A stretch of DNA of 64,000 nucleotides, from the NCBI RefSeq assembly GCF_037042905.1, contig NC_087252.1, forward strand, positions 3,908,001 through 3,972,000, written 5' to 3'. Origin of the DNA: Lytechinus pictus. Lineage: Eukaryota. Made by a program: the position numbers and the translations under genes. Position 1 is the first letter of the stretch; each line of letters begins with the position of its first letter. Below the pieces are notes generated by a model, which saw only the letters and a list, made by a program, of their open reading frames with translations, was not told where the DNA came from and ran no database searches. Positions 46,862 to 59,565 of this stretch are shown here, in pieces.

Positions 46862-49698
46862 AGGACAAGTCCACCCCAACAAAAAGTTGATTTGAATAAA
46901 AATAGAAAAATCAAACAAGCATAACACTGAAAATTTCATCAAAATTGGATGTAAAATAAGAAAGTTATGACATTTTAAAGTTTCGCTTAATTGCACAAAA
47001 CAGTTATAATATATGCACATCCTGGTCGGTATGCAAATGAGGAGACTGATGACATCACCCACTCACACTTTCTTTTGTATTTTATTGTATGAAATATGAA
47101 ATATTTCAATTTTCTCCTTATTGTCATGAGAAACAAGGTTTCATTTCTCCATGAACATGTGGAATTACTATTGTTTGAACATATTGTGGTCAGGCGCGTA
47201 GCCAGGGGGGGGCGGTGGGGGCGGTCGCCCCCCCAAAAACGTCCCCAAAAAGAAAAAAAAAGAAGGGAAAAAAGAGAGGAAAAAAGGAAAAGGGAAGGGA
47301 GGAAAGGGAAGAAAGGTAGCTTTGTCGGTTTTTTTTTTCTTTTTATTCTTTATTCTTTTCTCAAAAGAGAAACTCCTTCACTCTTGCTTTAAATTTATAT
47401 ATGAATTTTGCTTCCGCGCTGCGCGCGGCTAAATGACAATATTGAAGTTCTCCATTGTTTCCCCACCCTTTCTCTAACTCTGCTTTTCCACCTCAGCTAT
47501 ATGTGTTTCTTGCCAGTTAAAGTTCAAATGTATAGATTAGGGCATGGAATTAGAGTAAGGTTAGGCCGAAGTATATGAAGTTATCTTTTTTTTTATTGAT
47601 TGCGCAACTTCTGGTCGGGTCGGCTCCGGGCGGGTAAAATCTTTATATCAATTTCTGCCGTCACCTCCATAAAGTCAACTTCTCCCGCTTTTCAGGTCAT
47701 TACTAAACAACCATAATTTGGGGCAAACAGGTTCCTAATTTAAAAAGAGGAATGTATAAAATTCGTGTCGTACTAAATAAAAAAGTACAATATTTTTTTC
47801 AAATTCTATTAATCTTCATGTTATTTCCCTGCACATTCATCTCCTGTCCTGTTTTGCGCCCTCAGTTTGAAATTTTGAATGACACTTAGGTTTCTTTATA
47901 ATTCAAAATGAAGCGCTTCAGGATAAGTCAAAGAAATTAGGCATCCTTTTTTATAATATTTTAATAAATCACAGAAGTTTCAACTTTTTGCGCACTATTT
48001 TCCTTGTAATGAAGTTCAATAATCTTAGGAAATCAATTGAATTAGAGCCGATGGGGTATTAGATATATCTGCATTTGATGAAACGTCCGCCCTTTGAAAT
48101 TTCAGAGTTTTATTGTTCTGCGCGGGGAGGAATATCTTCCTCCCGGCATATACACTTCTTCTCCTCTGTTTTGCGAGTTAAAGATATGCACTGTCGCTAA
48201 ATTGTTTGTAATCAAATCTGATATTTCCAAGGGAAGTATTCAATATATCTTTGAGAATACCCTTTTCTCGGGACCCTTTTCATGGCAAAAAAAATTGATA
48301 AAACGCTTTAGCTTCCGCGCTTCGCGCGGGGTTATAATGATTTTAATTTCCTCCATTGTATTCCTTTTTGTATATGAAGTTATCTTTTTTTTTATTGATC
48401 GCGCAACTTCTGGTCGGGTCGGCTCCGGGCGGGTAAAATCTTTATATCAATTTCTGCCGTCACCTCCATAAAGTCAACTTCTCCCGCTTTTCAGGTCATT
48501 ACTAAACAACCATAATTTGGGGCAAACAGGTTCCTAATTTAAAAAGAGGAATGTATAAAATTTGTGTCGTATTAAATAAAAAAGTACAATATTTTTTTCA
48601 AATTCTATTAATCTTCATGTTATTTCCCTGCACATTCATCTCCTGTCCTGTTTTGCGCCCTCAGTTTGAAATTTTGAATGACACTTAGGTTTCTTTATAA
48701 TTCAAAATGAAGCGCTTCAGGATAAGTCAAAGAAATTAGGCATCCTTTTTTATATTATTTTAATAAATCACAGAAGTTTCAACTTTTTGCGCACTATTTT
48801 CCTTGTAATGAAGTTCAATAATCTTAGGAAATCAATTGAATTAGAGCCGATGGGGTATTAGATATATCTGCATTTGATGAAACGTCCGCCCTTTGAAATT
48901 TCAGAGTTTTATTGTTCTGCGCGGGGAGGAATATCTTCCTCCCGGCATATACACTTCTTCTCCTCTGTTTTGCGAGTTAAAGATATGCACTGTCGCTAAA
49001 TTGTTTGTAATCAAATCTGATATTTCCAAGGGAAGTATTCAATATATCTTTGAGAATACCCTTTTCTCGGGACCCTTTTCATGGCAAAAAAATTGATAAA
49101 ACGCATTAGCTTCCGCGCTTCGCGCGGGGTTATAATGATTTTAATTTCCTCCATTGTATTCCTTTTTGTGCGTTCACAATCACTTTTGAAAACAAGGTTT
49201 AAAATCACAATAAAGTCAACTGAATTGGAGCTGATATAGGTCTAGAGACAAGAGAGACGGCTCCTTTTCATTTTAATTTATGAAACACCAAAAGCTTCGC
49301 GCTTCGCAAAGGGAGGGGGAAACTCCCCCTCCCTGCACCCACCCCCTAGGGAGCGCGCTTCGCGCGCTCTGTAAGTGTTGGCACGCTTTACCGCCCCCTC
49401 CAAAATGAAATCCTGGCTACGCGGTTGATTGTGGTCCAACAAAGAGGGACCTTATTGTCAAATCTGTGAAAATTGAAATATTGTATAATTCAAACAATAA
49501 AAAACAAAAGAAATAGTGAGTGAGTGACATCATCAACTCTCTCATTTGCATATCACTGTTTGGTGAAAAATAAGCGAAACTTTAAAATGTCATAACTTTC
49601 TTATTTTACATCCAATTTTGATGAAATTTTCACTGTTATGCTTGTTTGATTTATCTCTATTGATTCAAATCAACATTTTTCTGGGCTGGACTTGCCCT
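46862..49698. mobile_element. Family-A TTAA MITE split by a hAT-like insertion
   Basis: 46862-47190 and 49428-49698 rejoin to the 2434-3025 family sequence. Confidence 0.8.
47191..49427. mobile_element. hAT-like non-autonomous element with 8-bp TSD ATTGTGGT and an internal 799-bp tandem duplication
   Basis: attgtggt|caggcgcgtagccagg ... cctggctacgcggttg|attgtggt. Units start at 47571 and 48370. Confidence 0.88.
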
Positions 49699-49881
49699 AG
49701 GCTCGAGGGTTCAAATCTCATCTATGGCTTGTTACTTTTTAAGTCTCAGTTTGCACTGAAAGCTATTTTTATTCCAGTTTATGTTTTTCTCAATGTATGA
49801 ATGCTTGAAGTAATAATTATTTAGAAATACAACATATTCTCAATTAATTTTTTATTTCATGTTTTGTTTTTGTTTGTGTAG

Positions 49882-49966
49882 AATATTCTCAAGATGACTG
49901 TTGCAGCTCTATGTAGATCATGACATCACAATAATCTTCATTGCTGATCAATGCAAGAGACAAGGG
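49882..49966 (+). other. Candidate internal exon, probably 5' UTR, possibly containing a start codon
   Basis: Long T-rich tract plus tgtag| acceptor and GGG|gtaagg donor. Stops occur in all three frames before a terminal ATG CAA GAG ACA AGG G. Confidence 0.35.
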
Positions 49967-51440
49967 GTAAGGAAGTTTCCATCTGTAAACTTTAAATTCA
50001 ATTCTCCATTGTCAGTTCCAGCTACTGCTTCTCAAAATCTCTTCATTGATTGATTTTTATGTAGTTCATAATTTTACCAGCAATTGCAATCAGACATGCA
50101 TGCACCCATTTCTTTTAACTAGCACTTGTGTATATGCCCTTTTTTTTATAGACCAATTAGAAAGTGACCAACTGTAAGCAAAAATAGTAATAATAGAACA
50201 TTGGAAGAAAAATGAACACCAACAAACTTTCCAGTGATAATTCAAGAACTTGATAGATAGTCCAAGTGGGTATGAAACAGACCTACTGGAAATCAGGTTT
50301 TTATTATGAGTAGGGTAGGTCTTAACTTTTGTCATGTTTAAATAAATAGGGCCTTAAGTGATTCCAAATGATGATTAGTCCAAATTGATTCATTCAGTTC
50401 AATTAAATTAAATTTATTTTTCTTAGCATAAAAACAACAATATGAATACATGTAGTACAAATATAACATATTTCAAACAGTGACAGAAATAAAATATTAT
50501 ACTGAGAGGGTAGCAGTAAAAAAGAAATGAAACTTATCTATAAAGACCGACCAAATTAAAATAGACATAGTATTAAATAAACATTATTATAATAAAGCAG
50601 AAAAAGGGGAAGAATTTCCTAACAACCCATACCAAAAAAAAATCAATATCACATTTGAAAATGAATACATACAGTAAAGTAGACTGTAAAATGGGTTTTA
50701 TAGCCATAGTGTATTATTATCTCAACTGGTTTTATAGCTGTAGTGTAGTATTATTTCAACTGGTTTTATTTATAAGGTCAAGGATTGTGTTGGTGGACAG
50801 GGTAGTCAATCATCAATGTTTCTCAGAATTGAATGGCTCCCTCTGTTGTTGAACTTGAACTACTTTCATCCTTGGAGTTTGTCAAGCTCTTGAAATTGCA
50901 ATAACTTCTGGGGGAGGGGGAAGTCTGCCTCTCCCATCTCTCATTCGTTCCCTGTGCCTTATGGTGTGCATTATCTTGGTGAGGTGCAAGTCATTAGCAT
51001 TCTGGAGAGATATTGCAAGTTCATCAGTGTGTGGGATGATCATATATATTCTGGTTTTCTCTGTGTGCTTTATTGGAACAACATCTCTTAGATGCTTTTC
51101 ACACTGTACTTCTTTTTCCTTAACCCCGGGAAATTGGTGGGGCTAAGGGGCCGTCTTAGCCCCACTAATTTCCCGGGGTTAAGCTTAGCTTACTTCGTTT
51201 TTACACTACGTTTTAGCAAAGTGGGCTAGCACGGTAAATAGTACAGTCTTATCTGGCCCTGCAAAAAAGCAGTGTAAGCTGGCTTATTGTGGTGCTAGCA
51301 CCACAATTGCGGTGCTAAGAGATGCAGTGTGAAACTAAAGTGGGCTTAGGAAAAGTGTACAATGTATGCCATTTCTCAACTCCCAGGGGAGCATTGCAAC
51401 AAGAGCTCCAATACTCAAATGCTAGGCCAACATCCCTTAA

Positions 51441-52054
51441 AGGGATGCTCCAGGCTGAAAATATTACAGTGTATAGCTAAATAAATAGAGTAATATTCAC
51501 AGAGCAAAATGCTGAAAATTTCATCAAAATCAGATAACAAATAACAAAGTTATTGAATTTTAAAGATTTGCATAATTCAGGTGAAACAGTTCTACGCATG
51601 TCTTCATGAATATTAATTAGGTGGGCTGATGATGTCACATCCCCACTTTCCCTTTTCTTATGTTATTACATGAAATCATGATTGTTTTTTTTTTTTTTTC
51701 ATAATTTATGTGCAAGTGATGTGTCTCCATTATTATTAAATAGTTGCAGCAAGAAATAACTAATGCATTTAATCAGTTGTCAATCAAATTGTTTAAGTTC
51801 TTGGCAGGAAATTATTGAATAAACCTAATTTCATATAATAAAATACAAAAGAACAAGTGGGGATATGACATCATCAGCCCACCTAATGAACATTCATGAA
51901 GACATGCTTAGAACTGTTTCACCGGAATAATGCAAATCTTTGAAATTCAATAACTGCTATTTGTTGTCCGATTTTGATAAAATTTTCAGCATTTTGCTCT
52001 GTTCATTTTATTATATTTATTGAGGTATAAATATCTTCAGCCTGGACCATCCCT
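51441..52054. mobile_element. Family-B Kolobok-like MITE (most intact copy)
   Basis: ttaa|agggatgctccaggctgaa ... ttcagcctggaccatccct|ttca, with long inverted arms. Confidence 0.85.
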
Positions 52055-52103
52055 TTCAAAAAGAAGTAGCGTAATGAGCAAGGTCAGAATCCCACAAAGG
52101 AGT

Positions 52104-52482
52104 CCCCTTTCATAAACCCATCCTCCAATTATCCGCCTAAGAGTAATGCGGATAATTCAATAAAAATTGCATTTACAAACTCCGAAAATAATCCGCACCA
52201 TTTTTTACGAGCGCCCGACCTGAAAAAGGCGGATAATTGTCATGGCAACTGCACACACACCCTCCGATGGGGTTGTGTTGGAAAAGGGTGACCTTGTGAC
52301 CGCACCATGGCAATTATCCGCATTACTTTGGAAATGCGTTCTTTAAGTCAAAATCTGGTCCCGATGCTGCTATTATGCGGATAATTGCAGCATCGAAATA
52401 ATGCGGATAACTCTGGTCCCGCTCCGATTTTACGACCAAATTATGCAGATTATTATCCGCATAATTGGGTTTATGAAAGGGG
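52104..52482. mobile_element. MITE with cccctttcataaaccca TIR and gcggataa sub-repeats
   Basis: cccctttcataaaccca ... tgggtttatgaaagggg. Confidence 0.75.
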
Positions 52483-52817
52483 TATAAAGCTACTACTATT
52501 CCTTGCTTCTGTATGTGCTACATATCCATCATGAGAAACTAATAAACATAGAACCTTTAAAGGGTAATTGTTGTTGAAAGAAATCCATTTTGTTCACCCA
52601 ATTGTCTAGAAAGATATGCATTTCTCTCACAGCCCCAAAATTTCAGAATGCATAGCTCTTTTGTAGCTCTGAAAAGTAGCTTATGTCTTTTGGTTATTAA
52701 GAGACATTTCATGAAGTAAAAACCCTTTTGCACTCGGAGCCAATTTCTGGAACATACCCGTGTGTGTGAGTATGTCTGGACCGGTTCAGTTGATCAGTCT
52801 GAAAGGCGACTATGAAC

Positions 52818-53751
52818 TAGCCTCTTGTCGAGGCCCTGGCGGCTGCTTCCCAAGCGAAGCGAGGGATTCCCTAATTCGCGAAGCGAATTAGGCCTGGCGT
52901 GAGCCAGGGCCTCTTGACATCTGAACTGAATTATATATTCATGAGGAACGTCTTCCTAATGAATATACATGAGTCATGATATTACTGGTCACCGAGTAAA
53001 CCAATGAAATGTCAGAGCTGTTTCGTTTTGGGTTCGGAATACTATATAGTATAGTAGTCCATTATTCTGCAGGGGATTCATTTAATTGCGGGACACTAAA
53101 CTAAGGGGATATAACCTGCAAAATGCTATACAAGTAGTGGTACTACTACTACTACTGGCCGTAACAGACCCATCACCGCCCCGAAACTTCCCGGGAGATA
53201 CCCCGGGAGATACTGCTCAGCCGCTGGTCAGACTCGAGTCAACTCCCAGCAACTCCACCCCAGCTTCCCTCACTGCACTGCACAGCGGAGATCGATAATC
53301 GACGCCCCGGTTCGACCGGTGGAATCGCATGAAAGATAACATTTTTTCCATATCCTGTGGGTAGATTTACAAAATCATCTCGTCCTTTCAGTGCAGAGTT
53401 AATTTTATCGACTTGCAAATCCTTAAATCGGTCAATATTCAGCATTTTAGAGGCATATTCAATGCTCTTTGATATTTCGTCGTCATTCTTCGCCAAGAAT
53501 CCACGGGTCGCCATTCAAGATGAGCTCATGAATATTCAATATGACGTCATAGCAGCCCGCGCTCTCATTGGATGATTTTCACCGACCAGTTTTTGGTCGG
53601 TGAATTGGTAAAAAAAAAAAAAAAAAAAAGAAAGTCGGTGAAATTCGGGTCAGATGTCCAGAGGCCCTGTCTCGCGGCGCTCTGCTTCGCTCTCTCCTTG
53701 CTTTGCCATGTTCGCTCGGAAAGCAGCCGACAGGGCCTCGACAAGAGGCTA
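52818..53751 (-). mobile_element. Non-autonomous AcademH-like DNA transposon, copy 2 (934 bp, inverted relative to copy 1)
   Basis: ACTATGAAC|tagcctcttgtcgaggccctg ... cagggcctcgacaagaggcta|ACTATGAAC. Confidence 0.88.
53239..53514 (-). pseudogene. Truncated RecQ-like helicase N-terminus, copy 2
   Basis: FKDLQVDKINSALKGRDDFVNLPTGYGKNVIF, same 91-aa length as copy 1. Confidence 0.85.
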
Positions 53752-55030
53752 ACTATGAACAAGATCTTGCACCTTGTCTTCACACTGTCAGGTGCGGATG
53801 TGTTGCTTTGCTGTTTGATCTGTTCTATGTAGATCAACACTTATGCAGGTGGAGGATCAAATATGGGCAAATCTTTCTGTAAACCACCAGAGCAAACTTC
53901 CTTTTTTTATTTTACCTGTCCAAAAGCAAAGTTAAACATTGGGCAAACTGCCTTTTTGTTCTTTTAATATATTTCCAAGAAAGAAAGATATAAAGAAAAG
54001 TAAAAGCAGTCAAGTTTCTTTGATGTCTCTGTACCGGTAATCAAGTTCCCGGATGTCATACAACTTGGAACTACTTATATAGTGTTATGCAAATATTTAG
54101 CATTTCAACATCAATATGGTTGTAGTGTACTATTAAAAAGAAAGGGGAATTACAGTATGTTCACCCCACCTGTGTATGGGGAGCAGTGGTCATGGGTGCC
54201 AGTTTATAGGAGGTGCTAATTAAAGAAGGGGAAAATATAAGATGGGAGAAAAGGATGAGCAGGAGGAGGAGAGGGAGGAAAAGGAAGAAGAGGAAGATGG
54301 GGATAGAAGGAGGAGAAGAAAAACAAATAATAAAAAAAAAGAATTAGGAGATGAAGGAGGGAAGAAGGAGTTTGAGAAGAAGAAGAAGGAGGAGGTGAAT
54401 GAGCAAATTTCAAAAGGAAAAATAAACAAAATATAAGGAATCACTTCTAACACAATACAATTAAAAAGGTTATAAGAAATTTAAAAACAGCACCAGTAAT
54501 TAGCTGAAAATACCGTTGATTTTTTAATTTAGGATTGAGTTTTTTAAAAGACTTTCTATTTTTCAGTCAAATAGATCATTCATGTACCCCCCTTTATGTA
54601 GAAGTGTTGTATTTTTCTAGAAGTCAAGTATAAATACATTTCCACATTATTATCAGGAATTTAGGGGTACAATCCCAAGGTTTGAACCTGTATTTCTCAC
54701 ACTAATTTTAATGTAGCTACAGTTGAAAAAGAATTTAATCTGCCGACTCTATTCAAAGCGTAGTAGCAGTGTGTGAACAGACCCCCTCAATATCCATGTT
54801 ATTGTCAGGTATTTGGGATATGACCCTGGGGGTTGAACTTCATGTTATGGAGGTAAACATTGGTGTGTTTACTTTCTCCATACCTTGTCAATACATTGCC
54901 CACAACCTGGTGCTGATAAATGCATTTCCTCTCTGTTCATGATGAATACAGTGGAAAGTTTGCTCTGTATTTTATGATTGCTCTCGGGTGTTGAAGGAGT
55001 GAGTGAGTGAAAGGAGTAGTGGAGATAAAT

Positions 55031-55061
<31 letters not shown>

Positions 55062-56314
55062 TGGATAGGGGATGGGGGTACAGAGTGGAAAGTTTGTTCA
55101 AATTTTATGATTGCTCAAGATTGGGTGTTAAAGAAAAAGAAATGTGTGTGAAGGGAAATTGCGAGGGAAATAGGGAGGGGGAGGGAGGGATACTATAGAT
55201 TTCAGTATTAAGGGGGGGGGGGAGGGAGGAATAAGTACACTTTACCCTCGGCTTTTGCGAAGTTTTGTTATTTTTTTTTTTTTGGGGGGGGGGGGGTTGG
55301 AGGGCTGGCAGGTAGTGATTGATTTTTGAAATATACAAAATGGAAAGAGGAATTTAGATGAAAAGGATTTGGGATATACTGCATACTGAAAGAATGAAAG
55401 CCAAAGAAAAAGAGCAAAATTATGACAGTAAACAAATACAGACACGCATGCAATCTAATATCTTCCATTTATAGGGCCTTGTTCCAAAAATACTTTTCTA
55501 CTTTAAAGATTTTTTTAATCAAATTGTTTCTGTTTCTTCTATTTTAACGATATGCTTATGAGGGTGAATACAGGAATAATGATTGAGGGTGTATACAGGA
55601 ATAATAATTATAAAAATAGCACTGTGCTTTTAAATGATTGTCCGAAGAGAAAAAAAGGAGAGGAAGAAACACTTGTAAAATCATTGTGACATTTTTTGTG
55701 GCAGTAATAATGACTGTTCCCCTTGACTTTTTGATGTTTGTGCAAGGTCGCCCTCTTTTGGCAAGTGTTTGCCAGGATCCTTGCTCATAAATCATGCAAA
55801 TCTCATCCTGGCTGTGTTGATAGGTGAAGCTAGAGGTCATCTGAGGTTAAGTGTCTTGGAGGGGTTTGTGGTGGAGGGGTGGAGAGGAGGAAGGAGAATG
55901 AGGTGAGGGTCAGAGGATGAGAGAGCGGAGGAGGATAGATGGATAGATGGAAGGAAACTTATGGGGTAGGGATGGGTTGGGATGTACAATTACGATGTAG
56001 GACTTAATAATAATTATAATAATAATACATATGATTTATGTAGCATCTTTTCCATTTTTATTAAATGCTCAAGGCGCTTAGAAGAGAGCAAAATAAAAGT
56101 AAAGAGAACTGAGAGAAGTACAAGAAAGGGTAAATTACAAGTGAAGAAAAATGTCTGTCTTCAAACCTAGTACCTAAGTACTTAAAATCTATGTACATCT
56201 GTATTTATTTATTAATTTTCATTTCATTCAATTTATTGATTTCCATTTCCAATGATCAAAATACATGTATATACACATGTAATACAACTCGATGTAAACA
56301 ATATTAAACATATA

Positions 56315-56625
56315 GGCCCTTATTCTGAAGTCAGGTTTAACTGAGACCATGGTCTAACTCTGTGCTAAAATTATGGGAAGTCAAATGTGTCAAAATTTTG
56401 AATAAGTTGTATGTTTCTTATGTTTACTGTGCTCTTTCCTGATTCATCTACGGTGAAGACAATCATCTATTTATACTTCCGAGACAATAATGAATGATTT
56501 GAGAGCCAAATGAGCTGAAATATGATATCTCTACCGTTAGTGATTTATGTAACAATTGGCTTTCCATACTTAAACCACAACTTTAAACCTGAGTTTAAGT
56601 TAAACCTGACTTCAGAATAAGGGCC
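56315..56625. mobile_element. 311-bp Harbinger-like MITE
   Basis: ggcccttattctgaagtcaggtttaact ... agttaaacctgacttcagaataagggcc. Confidence 0.8.
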
Positions 56626-57725
56626 ACAGACACACAAAAAAGGACATGTACATCAAGATGACAACTTGGGCATGAACTAATAATATTTGTACATGTATCA
56701 CACTTTTAGATACTTTAATGTAATTACCAGGATTGTAAGTACTAGGTCATTGTCAAATTGAATGTAAAGAAAGGAACAGTATAAGGATAAGGGGTTATTT
56801 GATTGAAGCTAGCTTCGGCTTATTATGATAGAAATTAATAAGGAAAAAGTGACCAGCGGAAGAGCAGGAAATCTGAAAATAGCTGAGCCAAATAGTTGAA
56901 CTTGGGGGCAGTGATAATCAGCAGTTATAAAGTGTCACTTTGATGAATGGCTCTGTTTTGCCTCCATCCAAATCAAAAAGAAGGCCCAGCATTACCTCTA
57001 CCGCACCTGTCTGTGTAGGGGAGGCCATAGCAGCACCCCTGAGGGACCGGTAGTAGCACCCCTTGGGGACCCATTGGGCAACGTTCCTGGAGTACTGGCC
57101 TAGTAGAGGCCCCATGAAGAAGGGGGTATGCTTTATTAACCCATCACACATAGGCCTATATATTTATGTGATGTGTGGAGTTCGCTGTGTTTTTTTTCCT
57201 TATAATACAACTGTAGCATTTTGCCATCTTCAACTTTGTTTTATTGAAAAAGTTCTGGTATCTTGGTTTATTAGCGATCGATCTCCATGATTGTAAATCT
57301 GTTTCCTTATTCATCCGTTGGGATGTTTCTATTTAGCACCTCTGACAGAATGCTGATTATGCATTCTGATGATAATAGATTCCTTACAAAATACAAGAGT
57401 AAAACTTAATAATGCAGTACATTTTATTTTAAAGATACATGTATGCATATTGAGTTTTTGAAAATAATTTTCTGGACTAGCCCTTACCACAAAATTGTTG
57501 GTCATTTGGATTGATGGAAATAGGAAAACAATGGCATCTCTTTTTTAAAAATTATGTCTTTTATTGAATTTGCAATCAGAATCATAATAATTTGCATATC
57601 ATTTGAAAAAAAAAATATCAGTATAATAATAACAAATTTATATTTTATATTTATACTTGCGGTTGCAAGTGTACATGATCGCGAAACTTCATTGCAATAA
57701 CTTTTTGATTGGTTTGAGATTTTGT

Positions 57726-57760
57726 AAATAAATGAATAGATAAATGAATAAATAAATGAA

Positions 57761-57823
<63 letters not shown>

Positions 57824-57872
57824 ATGAATAAATGAATAAATGAATAAATAAATATATAAATAAATAAATAAA
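57726..57872. repeat. (AAAT/GAAT)n microsatellite
   Basis: Read directly from the sequence. Confidence 0.95.
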
Positions 57873-59174
57873 TGTTAATTTTCAGAAAATACATTGTACA
57901 CATTTCGAAGATTGAAGAATTGATGCAAAAGCCAAGTAGATTTTATAGCTTCTATGCACACAGGTCTACACCATATTAAAAGAACTAGCAGCAATTACCT
58001 GTGGCAGCATAGGGGATAGGAGTCATTTTTCTTTATCAAGGTGTGTGTGTGTGTGTGGGGGTGGGTGACATTCTTGTATGTACAGCTAGACTTCCTATTT
58101 ACACTGAAAGCCAAGCAGTTTATTGATGAAATATATAGTTTAAACAACTGATTCATAGCAGACTTATCTTTCAATATAGATAGGAGGTTCAATTAAGTTA
58201 AGCATACAATCTATCTTACAATTATTTTGGTGATTTAAAAAAAATCAACCTTTTCTGTTGATCATTGCGATGATCTATTGGCCATAAAAAGCAAAAGATT
58301 GCCAATTTCTGTGAAAGTATGTTTTACAGATGACAGACATTTTCTATTTTTATGAAAGGAGAAATTCTTACAAATAACTCATTACACCAATAAATTAGAA
58401 GTGCTTCAGAATGAATGTGAAACTTGATCACAAGTGTTTGGTATTACACCCTTTTGAAACTGTATCGGAATGATAAAACGCTGATGTTTTATAGGAGAAT
58501 AACTTTGTTTTATGGTTGAAATATATCCCCTCCAATTGGTCCTGAATTTGACCTAGAGATTTGGTTTAATGGTGTCAATTTCTCTAGAGTTTATAACCTA
58601 CTTGTTTTCCAAAACTTTGTCAAAAAAGTATGAAATGGCAGCTCTTGAAAGCAACTGGAAATTATAGTTAGATTTCAATCTATTTATAAGTAAAATACAC
58701 ATGATATTTATGGAATATGCTTACTAAAGGAAAAGGGTTCAATTTAACCATATCTTTCTCAGCTTCAGCCCTTAATTTGTTTTCTTGTTCACCACTATAA
58801 AGGCATGGTATTTTAGATGGCATTGCAATACATTATTAAAGCAAGCTTATATCAGCATTTTATTTGAATGTTTTACTTGCTTTATATATGTTTTGCATAC
58901 TAGGAAAAACACGTCAGGATATAATCAAATGTTCAAACATAAAATTGCGGAAATATAAGAACAAAAAAATGTGTTGTTGCCTGTTTCAATACACAAGACG
59001 GTCATTGATCGTTGACATAAACACCCCCTGCAAATCCATCTCCGAGAACATTCTTGGGTTTTCTTCATTTTTCTTTTAGCAGTAATACCTGTCAATCCGT
59101 GCCAAGAGGTTAGTCAATCATGACACCAGAGGCGACATTTTGCACCCAGTACAATCCTCCATGTCCCCCTTTTG

Positions 59175-59565
59175 CCCCTCCACCATCTCTTCATTACCCC
59201 TCCACCAACTATTGGGCACCCCTCCACCAAATCTTTATTACCCCTCCACCACCTCTTCATTTCCCCTCCACCACCTCTTTATTTCCCCTCCACAAACTCT
59301 TGATTACCCTTCCTCCATCTCTTGATTACCCCTCGACAAACTCTTGGTTACCCCTCCACCATCTCTTAGTTACCCCTCCACCATCTCTTGGTTCCCCCTC
59401 GACCAACTCTTGCCCCCCTTCCACCAACTCTTGCCCCCCCTTCCACCTTCTTCATTACCCCTCTACCACTTCTCAATTACCCCTGTACCAACTCTCAGTT
59501 GCCCCATCCACCAATTCTCTATTGCCCTTGATTCTAGAACTTCTCCTCCATCTTACACCTCCCTG
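59175..59565. repeat. C-rich minisatellite with an approximately 21-bp unit (ccctccaccatctcttnattac)
   Basis: More than 10 degenerate tandem units are visible. Confidence 0.8.

Noticed and set aside
46430..47062. 210-aa ORF
   Set aside because: Runs across two unrelated MITEs and shows no domain.
56918..57151. GC-rich 77-aa ORF
   Set aside because: No splice context or recognisable motif. It may be regulatory but that cannot be supported.
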